From Myxococcales bacterium (lineage in GTDB: Bacteria; Myxococcota_A; UBA9042), in NCBI GenBank assembly GCA_037441385.1, contig JBBISH010000005.1, forward strand, positions 45,392 through 109,391: a stretch of 64,000 nt of DNA, read 5' to 3'. Of the stretch, positions 44,946 to 55,038 are shown piece after piece. A program made the position numbers and the translations under genes. Each line of letters begins with the position of its first letter. The first letter of the stretch is position 1. The notes below the pieces were generated by a model. The model did not search any database, was not told the origin of the DNA, and saw nothing but the letters and a program-made list of their open reading frames with translations.

Positions 44946-47071
44946 ACGGAATGCCGCTCCTCGACGCCGCCGACAAGGCCGCCGGTCGCGTCAAGTATTT
45001 GAGTGATCAGCAGTTTGCTGGCATGTGCCACGCAACGCTGGTGCGCTCGCCCTACGCCCACGCCCTGGTCCAAGCCATCGACGCAAGCGCGGCCTTGGCC
45101 ATGTCCGGCGTGTTGGCGGTGCTTGGGCCCGACGACTGCCCGCCCCACGACCTGCCCGGCGAGGCGTTCTACGGCCGCAACCTGATGACGCGCCCGCTGC
45201 TTTGGCGCGAACCGGCGTGGGTCGGCTGCCCAGTTGCCGTTGTCGTGGCCGAATCCGCCGAGCGGGCGCGGGTCGCGGCGCGCCAAGTCCACGTGCGCTA
45301 CCAGGTGTTGCCGCACGTCCTGGACTTGGAAGAGGCTCTGGCCAAGCGCGCCGTGCCCGCCCATCTGGGGCGCAGCAATTTGGCGCTGCCGTTTGGCGCC
45401 ATCACCTACGAATCGGGCGATCTGGCGGGTATTTTCGCCAGCGCACGCCATGTGGTCGAGACGGTGTACCATACCAGCACCGTACAGGCCGCCGCGATGG
45501 AGCCCTACGTCTGCGTGGTAGAGCCCGGCCCCGACGGCGGGCTGGTGGTGCACAAGGGCACGCCCTCGCCCTACGAACTGCGCCACCAGATGGCCCACTG
45601 GTTGGGGTTGCGGTCCGACCAAGTGCGCGTGGTGGTGCCGGCGCAGATTGGCGGCGGATTCGGCAGCCGGATGGACGACTTGGAGTACGTGGCAGCGCTG
45701 TGTTGCCGGGTGGTGCAGCGGCCGGTGCGCGTGGAGCTCGAGCGCGCCGAAGGGTTGGTGGCGGGGCGTGTCCGTCATGGTGCGCGCATCCGGGTCCGAT
45801 CCGCGCTGGACGACGACGGCAACCTGCTGGCCCGCGAGATCGACGCGGACTACAACGCGGGTGCCCACCTGGACTTGGGACCCTACGTAGTGTTGCGGGC
45901 GCTGCGGCCGTTGGCCCTCTACAGGTGTCAAGCCGTGCGCTTTGCCGGTCGGCTGGTGATGACCAATGCCCCGGTGGCGTCAGCGACTCGCGGGTTTGGC
46001 AATCCGCAGGCCACCTTTGCCGTTGAGTCGCACAACGACGAACTGTGTCGACGCTTTGGACTGGACCCCATCGACTGGCGGCGCCGTCACCTGCTCCGCA
46101 GCGGCGATCCCAACCTATCCGTGGGCGTGGTCGACACGGCCACGGGCAAGTTCATCGCCAAAGGTGCGACCATCTCATCGTGCGCACTTGACGAATGCCT
46201 CGCGGCGATTCGGCCCATTTGGGACGCCCCCGCCGGGACGCCGCCGCCAGGTTGGGCCCGCGGCAAGGGCGTGGCTGTGGCCATGCACACCACTGGCAAG
46301 GGGCGCAACGAAGTTAGCAACGCCAAAGTGATTTTGCGTGCAGACGGGGGTGTGGAGGTGCACAGCGGCGCTCCGGACCAAGGCGGCACCGGCGTGGCCA
46401 CCACCTTGGCCGTGATTGCCGGCGAAGTGCTGGGCGTGCGGCCGCAACAGGTGCGGGTAGTCCTGGCCGATACCGCCGAAGAATTGGCCGATTCGGGCGC
46501 CCACGCCTCGGGCCGCACCTACATCGCTGGCGAGACCGTGCGTCAGGCCGCCGAGAGCGCAAGAAAGCTGCGCGATCAGGGCTCTCCACTGCCCATCCAG
46601 GCCGCTGCGACGTGGTCGCCGCAGACCAACGCCCCGCCGTTTGCCGCTTGCGTCGCGGTGGTCGACGTGGACCCACAGACCGGTCAGACCAAGGTTGTGC
46701 GCCTGGTGCAGGCCGTCGACATTGGCCGCGTCCTCAATCCCTTGATGGCCGCAGGACAAATCCAAGGCGCGACCGCCCAGGGCCTCGGCTTCGCCTTGAC
46801 CGAGCGCCTGGACTTCTCGCCCGAAGGCAAGCTGCTGACCCGCGGTCTGTTGGACTACGGCGTGCCGCGTAGCGCCGATCTTCCTGAACTAGAAGTAATT
46901 TTCTGTGGATCGCCCGAGCCCAGCGTCCCCCTGGGGGTCAAGGGTGCCGGCGAAATCGGCCTGATGGCCGTCGCGCCCGCCGTTGCCAACGCCATCGCCG
47001 ACGCCACCGGCGCCCGCGTCCGCCGTCTTCCCATGGACGGCGAGACCGTCTGGCACGCCGTGCTGGGCTGA
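44942..47071 (+). CDS. Xanthine-dehydrogenase-family molybdopterin-binding (large) subunit
   Basis: RSPYAHA, IGGGFG, TRGFGNPQ, GQIQG and KGAGE. Confidence 0.92.
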   Translation: MNGMPLLDAADKAAGRVKYLSDQQFAGMCHATLVRSPYAHALVQAIDASAALAMSGVLAVLGPDDCPPHDLPGEAFYGRNLMTRPLLWREPAWVGCPVAVVVAESAERARVAARQVHVRYQVLPHVLDLEEALAKRAVPAHLGRSNLALPFGAITYESGDLAGIFASARHVVETVYHTSTVQAAAMEPYVCVVEPGPDGGLVVHKGTPSPYELRHQMAHWLGLRSDQVRVVVPAQIGGGFGSRMDDLEYVAALCCRVVQRPVRVELERAEGLVAGRVRHGARIRVRSALDDDGNLLAREIDADYNAGAHLDLGPYVVLRALRPLALYRCQAVRFAGRLVMTNAPVASATRGFGNPQATFAVESHNDELCRRFGLDPIDWRRRHLLRSGDPNLSVGVVDTATGKFIAKGATISSCALDECLAAIRPIWDAPAGTPPPGWARGKGVAVAMHTTGKGRNEVSNAKVILRADGGVEVHSGAPDQGGTGVATTLAVIAGEVLGVRPQQVRVVLADTAEELADSGAHASGRTYIAGETVRQAAESARKLRDQGSPLPIQAAATWSPQTNAPPFAACVAVVDVDPQTGQTKVVRLVQAVDIGRVLNPLMAAGQIQGATAQGLGFALTERLDFSPEGKLLTRGLLDYGVPRSADLPELEVIFCGSPEPSVPLGVKGAGEIGLMAVAPAVANAIADATGARVRRLPMDGETVWHAVLG

Positions 47072-47126
47072 TTGCGACTTACGCACTCTCCTGTCGAAGA
47101 AAGCCGTCTGATGTCGGGTGGTTGGT

Positions 47127-47181
47127 CCTCACCCCGCCGCCTTTGGCGGCCGCCCCTCTCCCAACGCATTGGGCGAGGGGC
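47127..47181 (+). repeat. REP-like double-hairpin element, left copy
   Basis: CCTCACCCC-GCCGCC(TTT)GGCGGC-C-GCCCCTCTCCCAACGCATTGGGCGAGGGGC. Confidence 0.65.
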
Positions 47182-47397
47182 AGCGTATTTCGAATATATA
47201 TCAGGCGATTACACGGGGTGCGCGATCGCGAATACTCTGGAGGGGCATCCTGCCTGCCAGACGAGCAAGACGCACGAAGGCAGCAATGCCGGGCCAAGCG
47301 GCTCCCTGGCCAGAAAGCTCGCCAATGGGGCGCGTATCGGCTGTCGCCGGGCCTTTGACCCAAGCACGCGATATTCGCTTGCTTCTCTCAGGGTAGG

Positions 47398-47943
47398 TTA
47401 CCGGACTTGGCAGTCGCTCAACTGGATATTCATCATCTTGCCCTTGACGTATCCAGACACGACGACACGCTGGCCCGGCTGCAGCGCTCCCGCCGCAGCT
47501 TCGTTGCCGCGGGCAAACGTGCACTGGACAACAGGGATTTCGAACGCCTCTCCAGTTCCGACTGTCACGTACGCACTGTCGACGATGTCCTTGCCGATCT
47601 TGTCCACGACCCCGGCGACCGAAATGACCTTGTCCTTGAACCGAGCGTCTGCACTGACTTCGTTGCCCTTGTAGGCGGTCAGGAGCTCGCGTATTCCGAC
47701 CTCGACGGCAGGTTGCGCGGGCGCTCGTGCAGCTGCCGCACTCAAGCTCGTGCCAGCCGATGTGCTGCTCGCTCCCTTGCCGCCCAGAGCCGAGAGCACC
47801 ATGCCGAAAAGGAGCAGGCCACCGCAACCGATGCCGAACTTCTTTCCGTTAGAAAGCTTTAGAGCCTTGCCGCACTTGGGGCAAGACGCAGCAGAACTGG
47901 AAACCTCTCCGCCGCACTCCGGACACTGCTTCAACGCCATCAT
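47398..47943 (-). CDS. Zinc-ribbon + TM + OB-fold (tRNA_anti-like) membrane protein
   Basis: CPECG..CPKCG; TM; AYKGNEVSADARFKDKVISVAGVV..LQPGQRVVVSG; GGAGG RBS. Confidence 0.78.
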   Translation of the reverse strand: MMALKQCPECGGEVSSSAASCPKCGKALKLSNGKKFGIGCGGLLLFGMVLSALGGKGASSTSAGTSLSAAAARAPAQPAVEVGIRELLTAYKGNEVSADARFKDKVISVAGVVDKIGKDIVDSAYVTVGTGEAFEIPVVQCTFARGNEAAAGALQPGQRVVVSGYVKGKMMNIQLSDCQVR

Positions 47944-47965
47944 CGCCTCCGCAACAAACCAGCAT

Positions 47966-47982
47966 GTTCGTCCTGGACGAAC
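47966..47982. promoter_or_regulatory. Perfect palindrome, candidate operator for the adjacent XRE regulator
   Basis: GTTCGTCC-T-GGACGAAC lies in the 72-bp gap between divergent genes. Confidence 0.6.
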
Positions 47983-48015
47983 TAGTGTATGCGAGGACCC
48001 GGCTAATGTCCACGT

Positions 48016-48336
48016 ATGCCGCGTCGCTCCGAGCCCAATGCACTCGCTTTGCAAGTAGGCATGAGGATAAGGGAATTGCGCATGGAAGCCGGTCTCACGC
48101 TCGAACAACTGGCGTATACGAGTGAGATGGGCTCGAAGGGGTACCTGTCGGATATTGAACGGGGACTGGCGATGCCGTCGATCTTTACGCTGCAATCGCT
48201 GGCAGAGCGACTGAACGTGCAGCTCTTCGATTTGCTAGTGGCTCCCGGCACCGACGCCAGGTCAGCGCTGACGGACAAGTTGCGTCACATGAGCGACGAT
48301 CGGCTGCAACAAGTGGCAAGAAGTTTGAAGGATTAG
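48016..48336 (+). CDS. XRE/Cro-family HTH transcriptional regulator
   Basis: GMRIRELRMEAGLTLEQLA..YLSDIERG..PSIFTLQSLAERLNV. Confidence 0.88.
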   Translation: MPRRSEPNALALQVGMRIRELRMEAGLTLEQLAYTSEMGSKGYLSDIERGLAMPSIFTLQSLAERLNVQLFDLLVAPGTDARSALTDKLRHMSDDRLQQVARSLKD

Positions 48337-48442
48337 GATCCGGCAATACCCCAATGCGTACACGAAGCCCAATTTGGGGCGCATGACCAGCACGGCCGCC
48401 TTGAGAAGCTTGAACCCCTGTCGGCGCAGCCCGACAGCAAAA

Positions 48443-48499
48443 GCCCCTCTCTCCAGCGCGTTGGAGAGAGGGGCAGACGCATTGCGTCGGGGTGTGAGG
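48443..48499 (-). repeat. REP-like double-hairpin element, right copy (inverted); also a probable pntAB terminator
   Basis: Minus strand reads CCTCACACCCC-GACGC(AAT)GCGTC-T-GCCCCTCTCTCCAACGCGCTGGAGAGAGGGGC followed by TTTT. Confidence 0.7.
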
Positions 48500-48504
48500 C
48501 GGCG

Positions 48505-49890
48505 TTACTTGAGCCCCGCGACGACCTTTTCCATGCCGTCTTTGGCGTCGGCGTAGAACATGCGGGTGTTCTGCTCGTAGAACAGCGGGTTATCCACGCC
48601 GGCGTAGCCCACCGAGCGCGATCGCTTGAGCACCACCACCCGCTTGGACTTCCACACTTCCAGTACCGGCATGCCGTAGATCGGGCTGCTGGTGTCGGTC
48701 TGAGCGCCGGGGTTGACGATGTCGTTGGCGCCGATGACCAAGACCACGTCGGTGCTGGGGAAGTCGGCGTTGATTTCGTCCATTTCCAGAACGATATCAT
48801 ACGGCACGCTGGCTTCGGCCAGCAGCACATTCATGTGGCCGGGCAGACGGCCGGCAACGGGGTGGATGGCAAAGCGGGTGGTGCAGCCCTGGGCCTTCAG
48901 CACGTCGACCAGCTGCCGCACCGCGTGCTGGGCGCGCGCCACCGCCATGCCGTAACCCGGCACCACCACAACTTGCTTGGCTTCGCGCAGCTCTTCGACC
49001 AGTTCGTCCAGGTTGGTGGCGATCGGCTCGTTGGCGTACACCACCGCAGGGCCCGCCGCGCCAGGCTTGGGATCTGCGCCAAAGCCGCCGAAAATCACCG
49101 ACAGCAGCGAGCGGTTCATCGCCTTGCACATGATGTAGCTGAGGATTGCGCCCGAGGAACCCACCAGCGCGCCGGTGATGATCAGCAGGTTGTTGTCCAG
49201 CATGAAGCCGGCGGCCGACGCCGTCCAGCCCGAGTAGCTGTTGAGCATCGAGACCACGACGGGCATGTCCGCGCCGCCGATGGCCGCGACCAAGTGGATG
49301 CCCTGCAGCCCCGCAAGCACCGACATCGCCACCAGATACATCACGCCGCTCGTGCCCTCAGCCTGGGCGAACGGCACCACCAGCCCCAGGCTGACCAGGA
49401 ACACCACCGCATTCAGCATGTGGCGACCGGGCAGGAGCAGCGGCTTGCCCGAGACCGAGCCGCGCAGCTTCAAGAACGCCACGATCGAGCCCGTAAAGGT
49501 GATGGCGCCGATCAGCACGTCGATCCAGATCTCGACGTCGTGGACCAAGTTGCCCTGGCCATTGGGCGGATCCAGGTAAGCGGCATAGCCGACGAGCACC
49601 GCGGCCAAGCCCACAAAACTGTGCAGAATGGCGACCATTTCCGGCATGGCCGTCATCGCCACGCGTTGCGCCATCACGCCGCCGACTACCGCGCCACCGA
49701 CCAGCGCCGGCACCAGCAGCCCAAAATTGGCCACCTGGCCCGAAGCGAGCAGCGCGACGATCGCCAGCGCCATGCCGACGATGCCGTAGCCGTTGCCGCG
49801 GCGGGCGGTTTCTTGGTGGCCAAGACCGCGCAGCGAGCTGATGAACAGCACGCCGGCCACCATCCAGGTCAGGGTCAGGAAGGATTCCAC
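48505..49890 (-). CDS. pntB: NAD(P) transhydrogenase beta subunit
   Basis: [52 protein letters not shown] and GANDIVNP. Confidence 0.97.
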   Translation of the reverse strand: MESFLTLTWMVAGVLFISSLRGLGHQETARRGNGYGIVGMALAIVALLASGQVANFGLLVPALVGGAVVGGVMAQRVAMTAMPEMVAILHSFVGLAAVLVGYAAYLDPPNGQGNLVHDVEIWIDVLIGAITFTGSIVAFLKLRGSVSGKPLLLPGRHMLNAVVFLVSLGLVVPFAQAEGTSGVMYLVAMSVLAGLQGIHLVAAIGGADMPVVVSMLNSYSGWTASAAGFMLDNNLLIITGALVGSSGAILSYIMCKAMNRSLLSVIFGGFGADPKPGAAGPAVVYANEPIATNLDELVEELREAKQVVVVPGYGMAVARAQHAVRQLVDVLKAQGCTTRFAIHPVAGRLPGHMNVLLAEASVPYDIVLEMDEINADFPSTDVVLVIGANDIVNPGAQTDTSSPIYGMPVLEVWKSKRVVVLKRSRSVGYAGVDNPLFYEQNTRMFYADAKDGMEKVVAGLK

Positions 49891-49901
49891 GGTCTACTCC
49901 G

Positions 49902-51524
49902 TTACTTGCGGAACATATTGAGCATGCGCTGCGTCACCAGGAACCCGCCGCCGATGTTGATCGTGGCGAACAACACAGCCAGCAGGGCCAGGATCAGCGC
50001 GGGACCATTGGCCTTGTCGTGCAGGTGCAGCATGCCGCCCACCACGATGACGCCCGAGATGGCGTTGGTCACGGCCATCAGCGGGGTATGCAGCGCGGGC
50101 GCCACACTCCAGATGACCTGGAAGCCCACGAAGCACGACAGCGCGAACACGGTCAGCTGCTGCATGAAGTGCTCGGGGCCCGTGCCGTTGCCCATCTTGG
50201 CCGCCACGAACATCAGGACCACCGCGGCGATCGACGCCCAGGTCAGGCCCGCTTTGGATGCCGGGCCGGCCGGAGCCGGTGCTGCGCCGTGACCGCCGTG
50301 GCTCGACTTGGCCGGAGCAGCGGCGGGCGCGGGAGCAGGTGCGGGCGCAGGCTTGGCGGCCGGGGCGGGCGGAGCCGGACGGGCCGGCGGCGGCCACGTC
50401 ACTTCGCCGTTCTGGGTGACCAGCGCGCCGCGCACCACTTCATCTTCCAGGTTCAGGCCCAAGACGCCGTCTTTTTCGGCCTTGGCGCCGCCGATGTCGC
50501 TGAGCAAGTGGACCAGGTTCTGCGCATACAGTTGGCTGGCCGTGGTGGCAAGCTGGCTGGGCAGATCCGTGGGGCCGACGATGGTCACGCCATGCTCGAC
50601 CACCACTTCGTCGGCGCGGGTGTACTCGCAGTTGCCACCGGATTCCGCCGCCAGATCCACGACCACCGAGCCCGGCTTCATCAGCTGGACCATGTCCTTG
50701 AGCCACAGCTTGGGCGCGGGCTTGTTGGGGATCAGCGCCGTCGTGATGACGATGTCGACCTCTTTGGCCTGCTGGCGGAACAACTCCATCTCGGCGGCGA
50801 TGAAGGCTGGGCTCATCTCTTTGGCGTAGCCGCCTTGCCCTTCGCCGTCCTCGTCAATGGTGACTTCCAGGAACTCGCCGCCCATCGACTTGACCTGGTC
50901 GCGCACGGCCGGCCGAGTGTCAAACGCGCGGACGATGGCGCCCAAGCCCTTGGCCGCACCCAGCGCCGCCAGACCCGCGACGCCAGCGCCGATAACCAGC
51001 ACCTTGGCCGGAGCCACCTTGCCCGCCGCGGTCATCTGGCCGCAGAAGAACGAGCCGAAGTGGTTGGCCGCCAGGATTACCGCGCGGTAGCCGGCGATGT
51101 TGGCCATCGAGCTCAGCGCATCCAGCTTCTGGGCGCGCGAGATGCGTGGCACCATGTCCATCGCCAAGCACTGGATCTTGTTGGCCGTCAGTCGCTGCAG
51201 CAGCTCGGCCGAGCGCGCCGGGTAGATGAAGCTGAGCAGCGTCGACCCGGGCTTGAGCAGGTCGACCTCGTGGCCCAGGCCCTCGCGCTCGCACGGCGGC
51301 CGTACTTTGAGGAGGATCTGGGCGTTGGCGTACAACGTTTTGGGATCGTTCTCGATCGTCGCCCCGGCGTCGACGTACAGCCGGTCGGGGTAGTGGGCGC
51401 TGTCTCCGGCCCCACTCTCGATCGTGACCGAAAAACCAAGCCCCTTCAGCTTCTTGACGCTTTCGGGGCTGGCCGCCACCCGGCGCTCACCGGGGTGGGA
51501 TTCCTTGGGAATGGCAATGCGCAT
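49902..51524 (-). CDS. pntA: NAD(P) transhydrogenase alpha subunit (fused type, with Pro/Ala linker)
   Basis: [27 protein letters not shown] and [15 protein letters not shown]. Confidence 0.97.
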   Translation of the reverse strand: MRIAIPKESHPGERRVAASPESVKKLKGLGFSVTIESGAGDSAHYPDRLYVDAGATIENDPKTLYANAQILLKVRPPCEREGLGHEVDLLKPGSTLLSFIYPARSAELLQRLTANKIQCLAMDMVPRISRAQKLDALSSMANIAGYRAVILAANHFGSFFCGQMTAAGKVAPAKVLVIGAGVAGLAALGAAKGLGAIVRAFDTRPAVRDQVKSMGGEFLEVTIDEDGEGQGGYAKEMSPAFIAAEMELFRQQAKEVDIVITTALIPNKPAPKLWLKDMVQLMKPGSVVVDLAAESGGNCEYTRADEVVVEHGVTIVGPTDLPSQLATTASQLYAQNLVHLLSDIGGAKAEKDGVLGLNLEDEVVRGALVTQNGEVTWPPPARPAPPAPAAKPAPAPAPAPAAAPAKSSHGGHGAAPAPAGPASKAGLTWASIAAVVLMFVAAKMGNGTGPEHFMQQLTVFALSCFVGFQVIWSVAPALHTPLMAVTNAISGVIVVGGMLHLHDKANGPALILALLAVLFATINIGGGFLVTQRMLNMFRK

Positions 51525-51959
51525 GAGATTCTCGCGTGCTGGGGCTCGGTACGCCACGCAGACGCCCCGAGGCGCGCGGAGTTTGGGGCGGCCACGGCCA
51601 CAAGTCAAACGAGCGATCGGTTGGCGGCCCGCAGGCAAAAATAACGACGCTGACCATGGTTAGCATGGGATCAGCTACCGCCGCCACCGCCGGCTTGACT
51701 TGAGCCGACGGTCTTCGATCGTCGCCAGCGGTGATCAGGGCCAGAAAAACCGCGAGACTGCGCGGCAATTGCCGCCCGTTGCGGGGACTCCTCCAGCTGT
51801 CATGTTCGCGTCACGTCTGCTGGTTCCACGCTCGAATTTGCCGTGGGCGCGGTCCGATGGCTTGCGATAGATCGCTGGTGCCGGTACAGTCCCTTGTCGC
51901 GAGCCCAGTCCCTGGGTAGGCAAGATAGTCAAACTGTCATCGTTGCCAGAGGTTTCCGG

Positions 51960-52895
51960 GTGGAAGTCACTTTTTGGGGCGTGCGCGGCAGTTACCCCAC
52001 TCCCGCCCCAGAGACAGTCCGATACGGCGGCAACACCTCGTGTGTCGAGGTGCGTGCCCTGTCTGGCGATCGGCTGGTGGTCGACGCCGGCACGGGTTTG
52101 ACGCGTCTCGGCGACTTCTTGGCGAACTCTGATCAATTGGCAGGCACGCATCACATCCTGCTGTCGCACCTGCATTGGGACCATATTCAGGGACTTCCGT
52201 TCTTTGCGCCCGCCTACGATCCCCGCGCCCGCATCTCGATCCATGCCATGCCGGACACGGCCAAGCCGCTAGCCAAAGTGCTGGCCGGGGTGGCGCGCCA
52301 TGAGTTTTTCCCGGCCGCGCTGGATGATTTTGCCGCGCCGTTCGATTTCCACGAGGTGATGGCCAACCAGCAGTTCGCGCCGCAAACCTTTCGAGTGATG
52401 CCATTCCGCCTGAATCACCCGTCAGGTGCGATGGGCTATCGAATCGACGCCGACGGCACATCCTGCGCCTATGTGTGTGATACGGCTCCGTTTACCGAAG
52501 TGCTGCACAAGCGGCACTTCTTGCGCGGATTGGAACCGCTAGACGACAAGGACCGCCAAGAGTTGCAAGCGCTGCGCGATGGCGTGGTCAAAGTCATCAC
52601 CGACTGCGACACGGTCATCTACGACACGCACTTCCTGCCAGAGGAGTACGCGAAATTCCCGCACTTTGGCCACTCGACGCCCGACCAGGCCCTGGCGCTT
52701 TGCACGGGCATCGGTATCCGTCAGCTGGTCCTGTATCACCACGCCCCGAACCACGATGACGCCATCTTGGATCAAATGGCGAACGTCTACGCGAACTTGG
52801 GCCAGCAGGTTGGGCTGCAGGTGGTCACTGCGCGCGAAGGATTGGTTCTGCAAGTCGGCGCCGACGACGCGGGGACCCGGCGGGTGCGGCCATGA
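51960..52895 (+). CDS. MBL-fold metallo-hydrolase (RNase Z / phosphodiesterase-like)
   Basis: FWGVRGS, GGNTSC, DAGTG, SHLHWDH, YVCDT, GHST and YHHAP. Confidence 0.9.
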   Translation: MEVTFWGVRGSYPTPAPETVRYGGNTSCVEVRALSGDRLVVDAGTGLTRLGDFLANSDQLAGTHHILLSHLHWDHIQGLPFFAPAYDPRARISIHAMPDTAKPLAKVLAGVARHEFFPAALDDFAAPFDFHEVMANQQFAPQTFRVMPFRLNHPSGAMGYRIDADGTSCAYVCDTAPFTEVLHKRHFLRGLEPLDDKDRQELQALRDGVVKVITDCDTVIYDTHFLPEEYAKFPHFGHSTPDQALALCTGIGIRQLVLYHHAPNHDDAILDQMANVYANLGQQVGLQVVTAREGLVLQVGADDAGTRRVRP

Positions 52896-53716
52896 AGCTG
52901 CGCTTTTGGGGCGTGCGCGGATTCTATCCGATCGCGTCGGCCGCGACGCAGCAATTTGGCGGCAATACCGCGGCAATCGAGATTCAAGGCGCCAGTGGTG
53001 CACGCCTGCTCGTCGATCTCGGCACCGGGGCGATCCCGTTTGGCCGCGCGCTGATGGGCCAAGAATTCGGTCGCGGTCAGGGTCATCTGTCGGTGCTGCT
53101 GACGCACACCCACCTGGATCACACCGCCGGCCTGCCGTTCTTTGTGCCCGCCTTTGTGCCGGGCAACCGCATCGACATCTACGGCGCCGCCTCGGTTTTG
53201 TCGCTGCGCGGTGTGCTCGACGATTTGTTTGATTCCCACGTGTGCCCGATCAACAGCATCGAAAACCTGAGCGCAACCCTGACGATCAGCGATGTGTGCG
53301 ATCGTCGCTTTTCGGTCGGGGAATTTGGCATCAGCCAACTTTGCGTGCCCCATGGCCATGGCAGTGGGGCGGCTTGGCGAGTTCGCGCCGACGGTCGCGA
53401 CGTGGTGCTGATGACGGGCATTGACCATCCCAACGGCACGATCTTGCAGCGCGCGGCCGAGTTTGCCCGCGGTGCGGATCTGTTGCTGCACGACTGCACG
53501 TGGAAAGCGCCCAACGAGCTCAAGCTGCGTTGGGGCGGCTCGACGTTGGGGCAAGCGCTGCAGATGGCCAAGGCAGCGCAAGTAGGGCGACTCTGCCTGA
53601 CCCACCACGCTCCGGGCTGCGACGACGCGTCCATCCGCGCCATGCTGACGGAAGCCCAGCGCACCACCGACATCGAAGTGTGCGCCGCGGCCGAAGGCGA
53701 CGAGTGCCCGGTATAG
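52892..53716 (+). CDS. MBL-fold metallo-hydrolase paralogue, possibly degenerate
   Basis: FWGVRG, DLGTG, THTHLDH and THHAP; ATGA overlap with the upstream gene. Confidence 0.88.
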   Translation: MKLRFWGVRGFYPIASAATQQFGGNTAAIEIQGASGARLLVDLGTGAIPFGRALMGQEFGRGQGHLSVLLTHTHLDHTAGLPFFVPAFVPGNRIDIYGAASVLSLRGVLDDLFDSHVCPINSIENLSATLTISDVCDRRFSVGEFGISQLCVPHGHGSGAAWRVRADGRDVVLMTGIDHPNGTILQRAAEFARGADLLLHDCTWKAPNELKLRWGGSTLGQALQMAKAAQVGRLCLTHHAPGCDDASIRAMLTEAQRTTDIEVCAAAEGDECPV

Positions 53717-53799
53717 GGTCGCCCCGGTCGCCTCCAGGGATACCCCGCTTCCCGGTCCTCCAGATTCGCAATCGGGCGGCGTTTGCCGCAGTGGCCGCG

Positions 53800-55035
53800 C
53801 TACTGCAGCACTTGGCGCAGACCGGCGTCCAAGCGGTCCATGGTCGACTGCGTCGACAGTTGGTCCAAGTCCTTGGGCACAAAGGTGCGACCGGCCGCCA
53901 CCTCGGCCAGGGCCTGCAGCATCGCTGCGCGGTCGTCGAGCGGCACGGTCCAGCCCAGATTGTGGCGGCGAACCAGCTCGGCCGCGGCGCAATCCGGCGG
54001 GCCCACCAAGAAGATCGGCCGGCGCGAGTTGAGGATATCAAAGATCTTACCGGGGTACGGGTACATCCATCCGGGCGATACCGTCACCACGCCAGCCCGG
54101 GCCGCGCCCACCAGGGCCAGCGCCGTCGCCTTCGACACTTCGCCGTGATCGCGGACCAGTTCGGTCACGCCCAGGCGCTCCGCGTCGTTGCGCACGGTCT
54201 GGCCGTGGTTGCCCGCGTAGTCCACTCGTAGCGCAACGCCCTGCAAAGACAGCTGCCCCAGCGCCTGCAAGATACCGTCCAGCGAGCGACCGTAGGCCAG
54301 CGTGCCGGTGTACGCCAACGCCGCTTGCGGGCCGGTCGCCAGTTCGGTCGCCACTGCGTCTACGGCGTTGGGAATCGTGAGCACCGGCGCCGATGTGCGC
54401 TGCTGCAGACCGGCGCTGAGGACCGGGGTGACGCCCACCACCAGCGCGGCTTGTGCCAGCAGGGCATCTTCCAGGCGCCGCTGCCGTTGGGCCAGCTTGG
54501 GCGCCGCCTCTGCGTGGCCCGGGATATCGGTCCAGGGGTCGCGGTAGTCCAGGACCAGCGGCGCGCGGATACGCTTGGCGACCTGGCCAGCGACCAGGGC
54601 GGTCGTCATGGGCGGGATGGTCGCCAGCACCACATCGAATTGGCGCCCGGCCACCGCCGCCAAGGCCAGCGGCAGCCATCCGTTGAACTCGTCTGGAAAC
54701 AGCAAGTTCTCGCGCAGAGACTGCAGACGCGAGCGACGGGGCGCCGCGCCAGCCGCTGTTGTGGTCGCCACCGCGGTTTTTGCGTGCCCGGCCCGCAGGC
54801 GATCGCGCACCAGCCGCCCCCAAGCCAGCGGCATCAGCGCATGGCAGCGCAGCACCTCTACGCCTTGCGGTTGCGCTAGCGTGGTGTCCGTCGGCGGCGT
54901 GTACTCGGGCCGCAGCGTCAGCACCGTCACCTGCCAACCGCGCGCCTGCAGCTGCGTGGCCATCCGCTCGGCACGCCGGCCGCCCACAGCCTGGGCAGGC
55001 GCCAAGTAGGCACTCACGATCAGGATTTTGGGCAT
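53800..55035 (-). CDS. GT-B glycosyltransferase (family 4-like)
   Basis: KILIVSAY..GGRR, DYRDPW, IPNA, YTGTL and PGKIFD. Confidence 0.85.
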   Translation of the reverse strand: MPKILIVSAYLAPAQAVGGRRAERMATQLQARGWQVTVLTLRPEYTPPTDTTLAQPQGVEVLRCHALMPLAWGRLVRDRLRAGHAKTAVATTTAAGAAPRRSRLQSLRENLLFPDEFNGWLPLALAAVAGRQFDVVLATIPPMTTALVAGQVAKRIRAPLVLDYRDPWTDIPGHAEAAPKLAQRQRRLEDALLAQAALVVGVTPVLSAGLQQRTSAPVLTIPNAVDAVATELATGPQAALAYTGTLAYGRSLDGILQALGQLSLQGVALRVDYAGNHGQTVRNDAERLGVTELVRDHGEVSKATALALVGAARAGVVTVSPGWMYPYPGKIFDILNSRRPIFLVGPPDCAAAELVRRHNLGWTVPLDDRAAMLQALAEVAAGRTFVPKDLDQLSTQSTMDRLDAGLRQVLQ

Positions 55036-55038
55036 TGG

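Noticed and set aside
43693..47071. Aerobic CO dehydrogenase call
   Set aside because: The diagnostic AYxCSFR loop and cox accessory genes are absent.
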